Assembly (NCBI GenBank): GCA_951406725.2 | Contig: OX597826.1 | Coordinates: 9,610,001 to 9,674,000 of the forward strand | DNA length: 64,000 nt | Reading direction: 5' to 3' | From: Octopus vulgaris | Lineage: Eukaryota | Part shown: positions 38,331 through 50,600 of the stretch, one piece after another | Position numbering within the stretch: position 1 is the first letter of the stretch | How the letters are laid out: every line of letters begins with the position of its first letter | Notes under the pieces: generated by a model | The model's database searches: none | The model's input: the letters and a program-made list of their open reading frames with translations, nothing else | What the model was told of the DNA's origin: nothing | Translations under genes and position numbers: made by a program

Positions 38331-38569
38331 TTTCATTATGCAATTTATTATTATTATTATTATTATTATTGTTTTGCTTTTGTTGTTGTTGTTATTTGTT
38401 ATATATTGTAAATGTACGCCGAGGTACACACACCCATACATATGTGTGTGTTGGATTCACCGTGTGTGTGTGTGTGTGCGTGTTGATATACATACATACA
38501 TGTATGTATGTGTGCGTGAGATAATCAAATCTTTTATATGAATATATAAGTATATACACACACACACAA

Positions 38570-38717
<148 letters not shown>

Positions 38718-39577
38718 ATATTATATGTGTGTGTTTGTATATATCGTATGTGTGTGTGTGTGTGTATTATTTAACTCATCTGATACAACGGGCCTATGAT
38801 CAAAGCCGTTCCAACCATGTCATCCTGTTTTTGTCTATCGTGAACTACATTGTGCAGGTGTCGACTCGCAACAGTTTTGAGCCGAACATTAAAAGCCACC
38901 AATCTCACTCGCCGGGCCTCGGAGTACCTGCGAAAAAACTCTGGGCACTACTTCTGCTTCCAAACCCTACATGTGTATTACAAAGAAAAAAAGTCTTTGA
39001 GGCTGTAGAGTGTATGATTTGAGGGAGATTTGGTCGTTATTTCTAACAGCTCCAACGACCCGTAAAGGTTCCCCAGTCGATATCCGTGCGTGCGTGCGCG
39101 CGTGTGTGTGTGTGTAATATGATACAAATGGGTGTGTTGTCACATTGTGCATGTTATTTAACCCTAGGTCAACTCTGATCAAACACACCTGCTGTGGGCA
39201 CATTAGCCAGTTTGTCCCTTCTTTTCGGGCCACATTAGCTTGTGGTCCCTTTTTTTTTTTTTTTTTTGAGACGGTACAATGTGTTTTGAGGAGTATTTGG
39301 TTGTTATTTCTAGTAGGACGAGCGACGGCGTAGACGCTCCCTCGGTGCTCTGCATGTATTATACGGACATTCATCTTGTATGAATTACTGTGCACGTAAA
39401 TGCATGCACTCAGAATGCACTGAGACGCACATTCGATGTACCTGTGTATATGTCTGTGGGTCGTGTGATGTGTGTATACATATAAATGCATTCACTCTTT
39501 ACATATGCGCGAAAGTAGTTTTGGTGAATGTGCGTACATTGTATGTGTGTGTTTGTGGGTGCATGTATGTATGTGTG

Positions 39578-39613
<36 letters not shown>

Positions 39614-41349
39614 ACTGTGTGTTGTTAATCATATCATCAACCCTAACCGTCCCATTTTTTTTTTTACATAGAACAGGGATTGCATTACCTTTATGTGCCC
39701 TTTTTAAAACGGTAGGGTGTGTCTTGAGTGAAATTTGGCAGCTATTACTAGCAGGTCGATCGACCGCTTAGCGACTCCTTCTTTGGCTTTTTCAGTGAGA
39801 CACTGTTGACGCTGTTTAGCCCCTGGACAACCCTGAATAAGAAAGCTTATGATCAAAGGCATTCCAGCCGTTACTATCCGGTATCTTTCTAAGGGTTTCT
39901 AAGACTACACGATGTAATTTTATCCTTATCGTTTTTTAAAGACAGTGGGGTATGTTTTGTGGGGGGATTTTGGTGTTATTTTTAGCAGAAAGAACGGTCA
40001 CATAATGGCTCCCTTATTATTCTTTTTAAGGTGTAGCTTATTACAGGCCCGTGTTTGGTTGTCCGTCACAAGGTGTTGGATGGTTAAATTGTTCGTGTGG
40101 TGTATTAAGTACTGACAATTATATATACTATATACATATATCGTGTGTGTTTAGTGTGTTGATATATGCGTGTATGTATATGTCAGTTCGAAATGCATTG
40201 TGAATAGGCAATTTGTATAGGTAGTCCTGTTTCGTGCGTGCTTTCCACTGGTTCCTTGTGTATGTATAAATTAACATTTTTCAGGTGTGTGTACATACAT
40301 ACACTCACTCATACATTACACATACATATGTATATCGTTCGACAAGTGTGTTGTTACGGATGTGTGTGTGTTATAACTCTTTATCAACATGGTATATAAG
40401 TGATAATCCTGCTTGACTGTCATTTTGCTGTGTATGCATTAATTTGCATTTTCTTTGTGATTATTGATATCTTAAGATCTCTGAACAATGGGAATTGCTG
40501 TGAGTGTGTGAGTGAGTGTGTGCGCGTGTATCTATGTTTATTTTTTCGAACCAACATTTTCGTGTCTGTCACTAATTGTGTGTCAACATTTACTGGATTA
40601 TGAGGACATTGTAGGATGGAGTTAATCTTCGAATCAAACCAACGGACTCTGTGACGGCCACTGCACGTTCTTGATCTTTCTCTTTTCTTTTCTTTAACTA
40701 ACTTTTCCATCAGTAAATACCTCTTGAGAAAGGCATCAACGTCTCATCGCACAGGATTAACCAGAAATCTTGAGCTTGTGTAAAGAATTCAAATGTGTCA
40801 AATTCTATCGTGAGTAATCTCTTAACTTGTGAAAGCACTTTATTTTTGTGGGGTTTCATGTATGCGTATGGCGTGTGTACCTGTTTGACAAGGTTTTACG
40901 TTCAGATCCTCCCAGAAGAGGTTTCATTTATTTATAACCTTTTTATTTATTTATTCATTTACTACCTTTTATTCTCGGGGATCAATAAAATATATCCCAA
41001 CCGATAAACAACTGTAGCAGGTAGGTTTTCGTTCGGTTTATGCCGCCCCTTACAAAATGTGGCTTTTTTTTTCTTTTTGGTCGAATCAGAATAATCAATC
41101 GCATATCTTAGCTTAAGTATTCATGGTCTGGGAATTGGATGCATGTGTATGAGTAATAAGGGTGTGATGGGTATTCAGGGTGGCACTACATGGTGAAAGA
41201 GAGAGAGAGAGAGGTGTTGGAACTGCTGTGCAGCTAAGCAACGAAATGCATGTTCTATGTATGTTTAAGCAGGTGTAAGCATTCCTGCGAAATATTCTGC
41301 GTATGAGGGAGTCGTGTAGGTGTATGTATGTCCGTATGTGTGTGTGTGC

Positions 41350-41391
<42 letters not shown>

Positions 41392-41470
41392 GTGTGTGTG
41401 TATGCGCATATGTGTGTATAAATACATGCATATATACGTACACATATGCATGTGTGTATGTATCTATATA

Positions 41471-41526
<56 letters not shown>

Positions 41527-41661
41527 GAGTTTTTGTTTATATTTTTCTTAATGAGATATCACGCTGTAGCTATTCAGATTTTTTTCTTTTTTTTTTCGTT
41601 TCCTCTCTTTTCATCGCAACTAAAAGCGAAAACGCGAAATACTTGATATCATAACTGCTTG

Positions 41662-41742
41662 ATATCTATCTATCTATACCTATCTATCTATCATCTATCT
41701 ATCTATATATATATATCTATCTATCTATCTATCTTTATCTAT

Positions 41743-41791
<49 letters not shown>

Positions 41792-41860
41792 ATCCATCTA
41801 TCTATCTATCATTGCTATCTATCCATCTATCTATCTATCTTTATCTATCTATCTATCTAC
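41662..41860. repeat. (TATC)n microsatellite
   Basis: Read directly. Confidence 0.97.
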
Positions 41861-43055
41861 TTACATACATATATGCATGCATGCATGCTGTTACTGGCTA
41901 TCGGTTTCCTTCCCACCTAGGTGAAATATTATGATCAGACAGCACGGTGCTGTGACACTATTGTTATCTAAACATACATCTGTAACTTAGCCTCTCCGAT
42001 AACGACCATCCCCTTTTCTGCATGACATCACATCACGCGCACGCGCACACACACACACATACACACACACACGCACACAGATGCGCGAAGAAAATCCGTT
42101 GCTGTGTAAGCATTTTGTTACAACATCTTAACTGTTACGCGTAAAGTTCCCTCGTATTCCCATTTGAGGCTCCGGAATGGTGTGTGTGTGTGTGTGTGTG
42201 TGCGTATGGTGGTGTGTGGTGTTCCGGATTTTCGGATTAGGCACATCGCACCCCATGGGAAATAATAATAATAATAATAAAGTAATGAGCAGCGGAAGGA
42301 GAAATGTAAAGGAATTTTAGATATCGAGAATTTTTTTTTTTTTTGTTCCAGAAACGTAATTTCTTTTATTTGAAACACAAGAATTTTGATAAATAAAGCG
42401 GGGGAGGAGGATAAGTTCTCCCATTGAGGAATGGGATGCCTTCTTCGAGATCCCGTCGGGACGAAGTTATCCCTACGACCCGGAGACCTGGCAGGCCCAA
42501 ATGATTCGATGATTCATAACAGTAAACGGCTTAAATACACACAAAATCTCAGGTGGTAGCATTGAACCAGGAGATGATGGGCTAAATCTACCTCGGGAAA
42601 TTATTCCGGGCTCCTCTGAGGTGTTTCCTTGGTTCCCACAATCTGCTAAGTTTCAGACACAAAACTTTGGTGAACCCGAGGCTATGGTAGGGGGAACACA
42701 AGCTCAAGGTGCCATGCGGAGGCATCGAACCCGAAACCACATAGTTGTAAAGTGAATTTCTTAACCACGGAGCTTTATATTCGCGTCTGTTTGTGTTTAG
42801 AGAGATCCCAAACTCCTTTCTCTTTGCTTTGTTTTCAGTTCAGCCCAACTGAACAAACAATATGTACGAGATAAAAATCCGTAATATATGGAGTTTCAGT
42901 CAATACATTGTGACAGCTGATCGTTTGTACACGTCACGTCTTCTGCCTGTTTTATATCTGCGAGGAAGGTAAAATTACAACTGTTACCGAACGACATGAA
43001 CTAGAAGCAAAAATCAAAGATCTTGTATTCGCCTACACGATAGTACTAAATTACA

Positions 43056-43900
43056 ATAATGATGATGATGATTTCTTTAATTAGCCACAGGGGCATTGAT
43101 GACGGGGACATTACAAGGACCGTCAAGAATTTGCGTGGGGTTTCCATGAGGAGAAAGAAATGGAATAGATGATGAAATGCGATAAATACATATATATATA
43201 TATATATATAGTATACAAATATGTGATAATGTGAATGATACACTATCCCTGATACAAGAGGAACCCCAACTGGGGCCAATTAATGAACCCCGCAAATCCA
43301 GGGTTATCCTGCCCACTAAAGCACGAGTCCTCGCCTGACTCTTCTCCAATCCATGGGTATCCTAACCATTTTTTTCCGCTGTCACCCATCTTTTCACAGA
43401 TTCTCTGGGAGATAATATTTTCCCCTCCACCTTCATTTTCTTTTTCAAATGGAAATAAAAAATGTCAATGGGGGCTTAGGAAGCTGTCTCTCCTCTATCC
43501 GTTCAGCCTAGTCCACCACACAACCTCTTTCACCATAGCCACTAGACAGAGGAACATCGCCTGCCCTACCTTGTCAAAGGTGGACGGTAAGGCGATCTTC
43601 ACGTTGGATTCGGCTGGTTATCGGATTCGTCCCACCCGCAATGACAGCTGTTCGATAGGACTCTCACACGTCAGCGATGCTCGGACACTGTACGAATGTG
43701 TGCAGCTTGGTTTCGACACTGCGCGCATCTCGGACAGTTCTGTTTGAGAACGCTTCCGTGCGGGTAGAGTTTATCTTGGACTTGCAGTGCTCCTCATTAA
43801 CACTGTCAGGCCAGGGATTTATGGAAGTATCAGACCCGAATGTCCTCTCAAACAGACCATCTAGTTCATCCTAGTCGACGCCTAGAGTTAACCCCGATAA
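43056..43900 (-). mobile_element. 5'-truncated Tx1/L1-like LINE (ORF2 C-terminal zinc knuckle plus 3' UTR)
   Basis: Minus-strand translation with frameshifts: CPRCAQ..ETKLHTFVQCPSIADV...IALPSTFDKVGQAMFLCLVAMVKEVVWWTRL, a CxxC..ET..H....C knuckle. The UTR ends AATTAAAGAAAT(CAT)n. Confidence 0.8.
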
Positions 43901-44178
43901 CGTCGTCACTCTTAGACACAAGGTCAGAATTGTATTTATTTGAGTATGTGTGTGTAGGAGAGCACTGTCGATTATATCAACCCTAACTTGACCTATATTT
44001 TGTTTTATCGATGCTAGAATGAGGTTTGAACCGAATATAAAATAAAGAACTAACCACCACATGTCATTATATCCATGCTAATCATAATTCTGCAGCACTA
44101 AACGATTTCTAATTTTGACAAAAGACCAATTATGGTAAGAAAATGGACACAGTTGATCGATTGGTCAACGTTAAGGTA

Positions 44179-44210
<32 letters not shown>

Positions 44211-45473
44211 CTTGTTTTTTTTAATTTTATCCACCATGGCTGAGTTTGAATTAGCGTCTGAAAGTATTAAACTATAATGGTAAAAGATTAAAATCCGAGG
44301 ACACTGGTGAGTGTTTGCTGCCCGAAACGTTACGATCTGTCTTCCTCCTGATAACAAAATAGTTTAGTCTCCATTAAAATACCATACAGCTTTCTACTGA
44401 CTTTGGAGTTATGTCGTTGCTCGACCTCTTGGAAATAATAGCCATATGGCTGTCACATCACAGCCTACTATCTTAAGAAATAGAAAGATGTATTAAATAA
44501 TGTAATTCTCCACTGCGAAGACCAGGATGGTCATAACTGGATCGGAACTGATCTGGGTCTAGTTGATCGGAACTGATCTGGGTCTAAACGAACAACTTGT
44601 TGCCGTAAGAGTTAATATAAAGCGTAGAACCGCGATAAGAGAAGTTGTCAGCCATGATGTGTATCAGTGTGTCTCCTCCAGTCTTCATTTCTATATAAAA
44701 AAAATACCTACTCTCAGAAAATCCAATTTTGTATTATATGTGGTAGGTATGGTGTGTGTGTGTGTGTGTGTGGAGAAAGAGAGAGAGAGAGTTATTCAAT
44801 ATACATATCGATGAAACAACCTTCCGCATTCACTCTGTGTTCTGATGCTTGAAAATACCGTAATATTTACGTGCATTACCAGTGGGGGGGGGGGGCGCTC
44901 GTCTTGGCCTATTCATGGCTATAATAAAGGATCTTATATTTCCCCCACGAGAAATGCATTTCTCGCAAATTTATTAAAGATGTTCAGTGACAGTCATATG
45001 AATATCAACCTCGGCGAATATCTAATATTTATTTCATAGACTTATCCTGTCAGGTTTAAAAGACCAAGACGACCTTGAATGGGGTATGATGAATTTCGAA
45101 ACGTAAGAGAGGAAGTCCTTATGTGGTCGCTCGACCTGCTAGAAACAGCAGCCAAATATTTCCAAGTCACACCCTTTGAAAAATGGGATGGTCAAGGCTG
45201 TTCTGGGTCTAAACAACAATTCGAAAAGATCCCATTTGTTCAATCTGGGGCTGTACCGTTTCTGCTTACCAATTTTTTTGTCTTTTTGTTGTTAATGATT
45301 TCTTACAAAGCCATCCATAGTTATTCCCGCCACGACCACCTCATTTTTTAAGAATATGTCAAGGACTACATTATCCAGTGTATCCCGCCTTTAAGATAGC
45401 GAACTATTGGCTGCTGTTTTTAGCATATCAACAGGCTCTGTTTTACGTTTGTTGTTACTTAAATGCAAGTTGG

Positions 45474-45723
45474 GGATCTTTTCGGTTTGAACGGCAGTTT
45501 TTTCTAGCGGTGTCATATGAAATTGTCACCCATAATTATGACCCTAGTATCGATCTATTGCATTTCAATCTGTTTTAGGGTTAAGGGGTTAGGGGGAAGG
45601 GTATCTTTTTTTCTTCACAAATGTAAATAAACCCAATCTGTTTTTTAAATGAGGGACATATTCATACGGCACAGAATATTTTCACCTCAATAGACGTCAT
45701 TGATTGGTTGAAATTGCAGAAAT
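45474..45723 (+). mobile_element. Partial copy of the GG-terminal MITE, created by tandem duplication
   Basis: Left TIR plus ~250 bp; shares its upstream flank with the copy at 45786. Confidence 0.9.
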
Positions 45724-45785
45724 TGCTGTTTTTAGCATATCAACAGGCTCTGTTTTACGTTTGTTGTTACTTAAATGCAAGTCGG

Positions 45786-46197
45786 GGATCTTTTCGGTTT
45801 GAACGGCAGTTTTTTCTAGCGGTATCATGAAATTGTCACCCATAATTATGACCCTAGTATCGATCTATTGCATTTCAATTTGTTTTAGGGTTAGGGGTGG
45901 GGGGAAGGGTATCTTTTTTTCTTCACAAATGTAAATAAACCCAATCTGTTTCTTAAACGAGGGACATATTCATACGGCACAGAATGTTTTCACCTCAATA
46001 GACGTCATTGATTGGTCGAAATTGCAGAAATTGAAGAAAAAACAACAACAAATATCTTACAAACCATAGAATTTTCTCAAGAAAGCCAAGAGAAAAAGAT
46101 GTTTTAATAAACACATTCTACCAGTATAGGAAGTTTAAAATTTTTTTAGTTACGTGGAAATTATTTTAAAAAACTGCCGTTCAAACCGAAAAGATCC
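45786..46197 (+). mobile_element. ~410-bp MITE with GG-terminal TIRs and 8-bp TSD (Merlin-like signature)
   Basis: TIR GGATCTTTTCGGTTTGAACGGCAGTTTTT at both ends; TSD CAAGTCGG / CAAGTCAG. Confidence 0.9.
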
Positions 46198-46787
46198 CAA
46201 GTCAGCTACGAGCAAAGGTGTTCCAGTTATGACCACCCTGCATGTTATTTAAACAGTGTGTTCTACATTTTTAATGACACGGTAGAGAGAGAGATTTGTT
46301 TTGTCGCTCAATACAATGTCTGCAACTTACCCTTATCAGCTTTCTTGGAAAATACTCCAAGAGAATAATGGAACTAATGTGGATTCATGAATGGAAAGTA
46401 TTTAGTGTTGTTGGTCTTGTTTCACATTTTGAAAATTTAATCTTCTGTTGTTTTCATTCAGTTTTTATTTCGAGGATAGAAAACGGAGTTACAAATGCGA
46501 GCAAAATATATTTATTCACTCAAGATACAAGCTAAATATATTTACACACTTAAGTTTCTTTATCAGGTCATCATTTGATTAGAAAACATTCCGGCAAAGT
46601 GTGCGATGTTTTACAACTCACATGACAGAAAGTGAAAGGAATTGCTACGTTAATTGTTTTCATTGCATTTCAATAGACGCATTTTGTTATTTTATGCTCG
46701 AGTGTTCTGCGATTGAGCTGTTTTATTGACCTCGGATTAAAACAGGATTTTTTTTTTAAATTCAGTAGAAACCAAATACTGTTATTA

Positions 46788-46792
<5 letters not shown>

Positions 46793-46852
<60 letters not shown>
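46793..46852. repeat. (CT)n microsatellite
   Basis: Read directly. Confidence 0.97.
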
Positions 46853-46855
<3 letters not shown>

Positions 46856-46950
46856 GTAGATATAATTTATCTTTTACTTGTTTCAGTCATTGGATTGCAA
46901 CCATGCTGGTTGTGGTCGAACGATTCGGCCCCAGTACTTATTCTATTGGT

Positions 46951-47325
46951 CTAGCGGTGTCATATGAAATTGTCACCCATAATTATGACCCTAGTATCGA
47001 TCTATTGCATTTCAATCTGTGTTGGGGTTAGGGGGAAAGGTGTCTTTTTTCTTCAGAAATGTAAATAAACCCAATCTGTTTCTTAAACGAGGGACATATT
47101 CATACGGCACAGAATGTTTTTTACGTCAATAGACGTCAGTGAATGGTTAAAATTTCAGAAATTAAAGAAAAAACAACAACAAATATCTTACAAACTATAG
47201 AATTTTCTCAATAAAGCCAAGAGAAAAAGATGTTTTATAAACAAATTCTACCAGTATACGAAGTTTAAAAGTGTTTAGTTACGTGGAAATTATGTTAAAA
47301 ACTGCCGTTCAAACCGAAAAGATCC
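46951..47325 (+). mobile_element. Same MITE family, left TIR deleted, inserted in a family A SINE
   Basis: Body and right TIR intact. The right flank TCGGTCTC resembles the left flank TTGGTCT. Confidence 0.88.
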
Positions 47326-47777
47326 TCGGTCTCTTATGACGAATCGCTGGATAACAGGGACATAAACAAACTGGCAATGGTGGAGGATAAACACAAGTTC
47401 TCACACATAGATACTGACACACACATATACGCTGGGTTTCGTTCAGTTTTCGTCTACCAAATCCACTCACAAGGCTTTTGGTCAGTCCGGGGTTACAATA
47501 GAAAACACTTGCCTAAAGTGTCGTGCAATGGGACTGAACCCAGAACCATGTGGTTCGGAAGCGGACTTCTTAGCTCGCAGCCATGTGTGTGTGTGTGTCG
47601 ATACCAGTAATAGAGTGGGTATATTTTTTATATACGGTAATATTAACGACTCTTTAGACATTTCGCTTGCATCTGAAGTGAATAAATATTACCAAATGCA
47701 ATAGTCGGTGCAAAACCGACGGCAACCTTCTAAGCAGTTTTCTGCCATAACCAGAAATATAACCGTGCATGTGTGTC

Positions 47778-47850
<73 letters not shown>

Positions 47851-47965
47851 ATATAAAAGTTAAAATAGGCCGGTTTATGGAATTGCCTTTGGTTTCCCGT
47901 CCATAAAGCGCTTAGCATTACGGCGTATGAATGAGATCCCCAAACCTGTTGGCTTATAATATATA

Positions 47966-48174
47966 CAGTATTCCCTCGACTATTGCGAGTGTTACGTTCC
48001 AACCCCGCCCCTCACGATAGGTGGAAACCCGCGAAGTAGAAACAGTACTGTGGTGTATATATTTTTTTTACTATTTTTATAATTTGTATATATTTTATTA
48101 TAAATGCAAATCAACACCACTGAGGAATCGACGTAAGCTTAAAAAATAAACCGCGATACGACGAGGGATTACTG
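47966..48174. mobile_element. Tigger/pogo-like MITE
   Basis: TIRs CAGTATTCCCTCG / CGAGGGATTACTG with TA on both sides. Confidence 0.85.
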
Positions 48175-48212
<38 letters not shown>

Positions 48213-48320
48213 AAAAAGGAGATGTGGAACACGAGTTGTGATATATAAAAAAAGGAAATGAAGGAAATGCTGACAAAATAATTTAAGTAAGGGAGAGTGT
48301 ATTTAATTAGGTGAAAGTTC

Positions 48321-48358
48321 TTTTTACCGGTTGCGCATTTGTTATGCTTATCAAAAGA
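48321..48358 (-). ncRNA. Decayed hammerhead-like motif in a short insert next to (TA)n
   Basis: Minus strand TCTT-TTGATAA-GCATaacaaATGC-GCAA-CCGG-TA-AAAA. Stem II is perfect and stem III is the palindrome ACCGGT, but three core bases are mutated. Confidence 0.4.
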
Positions 48359-48818
48359 TATTTTTTAAAGAGAGATAGAGTTCCTTTCTGATAAATTTTT
48401 TTCTCTTATATAATACACACACACATATGCTCTCGTTGAGTCAGTTCTCTTTTATGGCTCAGACAGGTCGCTTCCTAAAAATGACTTTTAAAACGTAAGG
48501 CCCAAAATATAGTGGAAAACAACAAGCAGTGCAAACATTTATTTATGGGACATGAGAGGTAAACATAGAATATAACTTGTTTGGTTCTACTTTAGAACAA
48601 AAGATGAGCTAGGATCATTATTTACCTCGGTCAAGTTGTTGGGGGGAAACTTGCAAACTTTCCTTACCAGATGTAATCGCCACTGATTTCGAGGATATGG
48701 AAGACGAGGGTTTAGGTGTGGGTTTATGCAGGATCGTTAGGCGAGGAGGGTGGAATTATGAAGTCATGAACCAAGTTACATCTCTCTTTCTCTCTCTCTC
48801 TCCCTCCCTCCCCCTCTC

Positions 48819-48869
<51 letters not shown>

Positions 48870-50296
48870 ATTATATGCATATATACTTACATATATGTAC
48901 ATACCTACATATATATGTATATATATATGTACAGGACATCAAAAAAAGGTTGAACACAATGAGAAACGAAAACATAAAAAACAAAAACATAGAAAACTAA
49001 CTTTTTTTCGAACAACGAAAAAGACAAACAGAGAAACGAGACATGCAACATAAAGAATATTCGCCTTCATTAGTTGTCCTTGTTTCATCTACTCCGCGTT
49101 ACGGAGGTAAGGACAATACGCGACTTCGTTGAAACAATCCTTTCCGCAAAGCAAATTAAATAAAATTTAGGATTTTTTGCGGAGGGTGAAAGGGGTAACA
49201 AGACCAGGACAGTGAGAACAAAACAGTAAAAACAAACGGTGAGGGCTTATATATATATACTTCGCCGAAGAGATTTTAATACGCCCGGAACATAACCGCT
49301 GCTCTCACCTACCTGTTGGTTTTAAAAGCCAAGTCAATTCCCATACTGCCTTTCCCTTGTTTTGCAAAACTTTTAATTATTTGATTGTATTGGAACGATC
49401 TCTTTTGCTGGATGTTTTTAGGTTTAAGGCATCGCTAGAGTGAGTTTTTATCTACTAAATGCATGGTTAATCTCGGCTAATCGGGAGGTGGGGGGGCTTT
49501 CAACTCAGTGCATTGCAATATATGTGAGATCCAACCATAAAATGTAAGTTAATATCTCGACCATCTGTCACTTTGACTCCGTCGTCCGTTCCTCCCCCTC
49601 CGAGCCTTTTTTTTTTTTCTGCTGTTAAGAATAATATTCAGTCAGTCCTCTTTATTTGTTTTCTGATTTTTATCATCTTTTTCCCCCCGTTTGGTTTGTC
49701 TTGACACCACCACCACCACCGTCTCCACCACCGTCTCCACCACCACCTCCACCACCGTCTCCAAATGTTTCTTATGTATATTTTTATATATTTTGTAAAC
49801 TTTGGATTTGTTCTCTCTCTCCCTCTCTCCCCTTCCTGATACAGTTTGTGTTTTTATCAGTCCACTTGCTTGAACCGGTTCGCCTCCCTGAATTAACACT
49901 AATTCACAAACAAATAAAATAAAATAGGATAGAAGTTTATTTAACTTATTTCCGATTCTTCATTTACCCTTCTTCCTTCCCTCTCATCGTTATTCACTCC
50001 TATAATGCTTATTCTGAAGATCCTGTTTGGGCTCACAGCCGTTTGGTCAGTGACCATAGCCGTTCTTTGACGCTCCCTGACCGTCTTTTAACTAGTTTCA
50101 GTCAAAGAATGAATTGTGGCCATAGTGAAGCACCGTTTTAAAGATTAGCCATATCGGCTCCGGTACTTATTTCAATCTGGTACTTCTTTTATTGATCCTT
50201 GTTTATCATGGGAGACACAACATAGGCATCATTTTATATAGAGGTATAAAATAACACACACGTACACACACATGCATATTATTTGTCCTTTATGTT

Positions 50297-50600
50297 CAGT
50301 AACGTTCATAAGTCTATTAATGTTTTGAAACGTTTTACAGTCTCATCTTCTGAATAACGGGATATGTATTTATTAATGGCAAAATGCAAACCACAAGTCA
50401 ATACAAATCTTGCTGCACACGTGAAATAGGTAGAAAAGTAAGCAGGGGGTAACCATTCGGAAATTGTATCAGGGCTCTATTCCCATGCTCTTTTGATGCT
50501 TACTACAAAACGCGGCAACAACGCCTCACAATTAACTATTTCTTTTGGAAAAGGTGACCGAGACTGCTTAGAAGCGTTGATGGACTTGTGAACGTTATTG
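50297..50600. mobile_element. Old Tc1-like MITE
   Basis: Imperfect 24-bp inverted termini CAGTAACGTTCATAAGTCTATTAA / TTGATGGACTTGTGAACGTTATTG; TA TSD not preserved. Confidence 0.5.

Noticed and set aside
45885-45909. TTAGGG repeats as an interstitial telomere
   Set aside because: Only 1-4 units, always at the same position inside the MITE.
49656-49922. Proline-rich (PPPSPPP) ORF
   Set aside because: Explained by a short (CCACCACCGTCT)n repeat; no splice context or homology evident.
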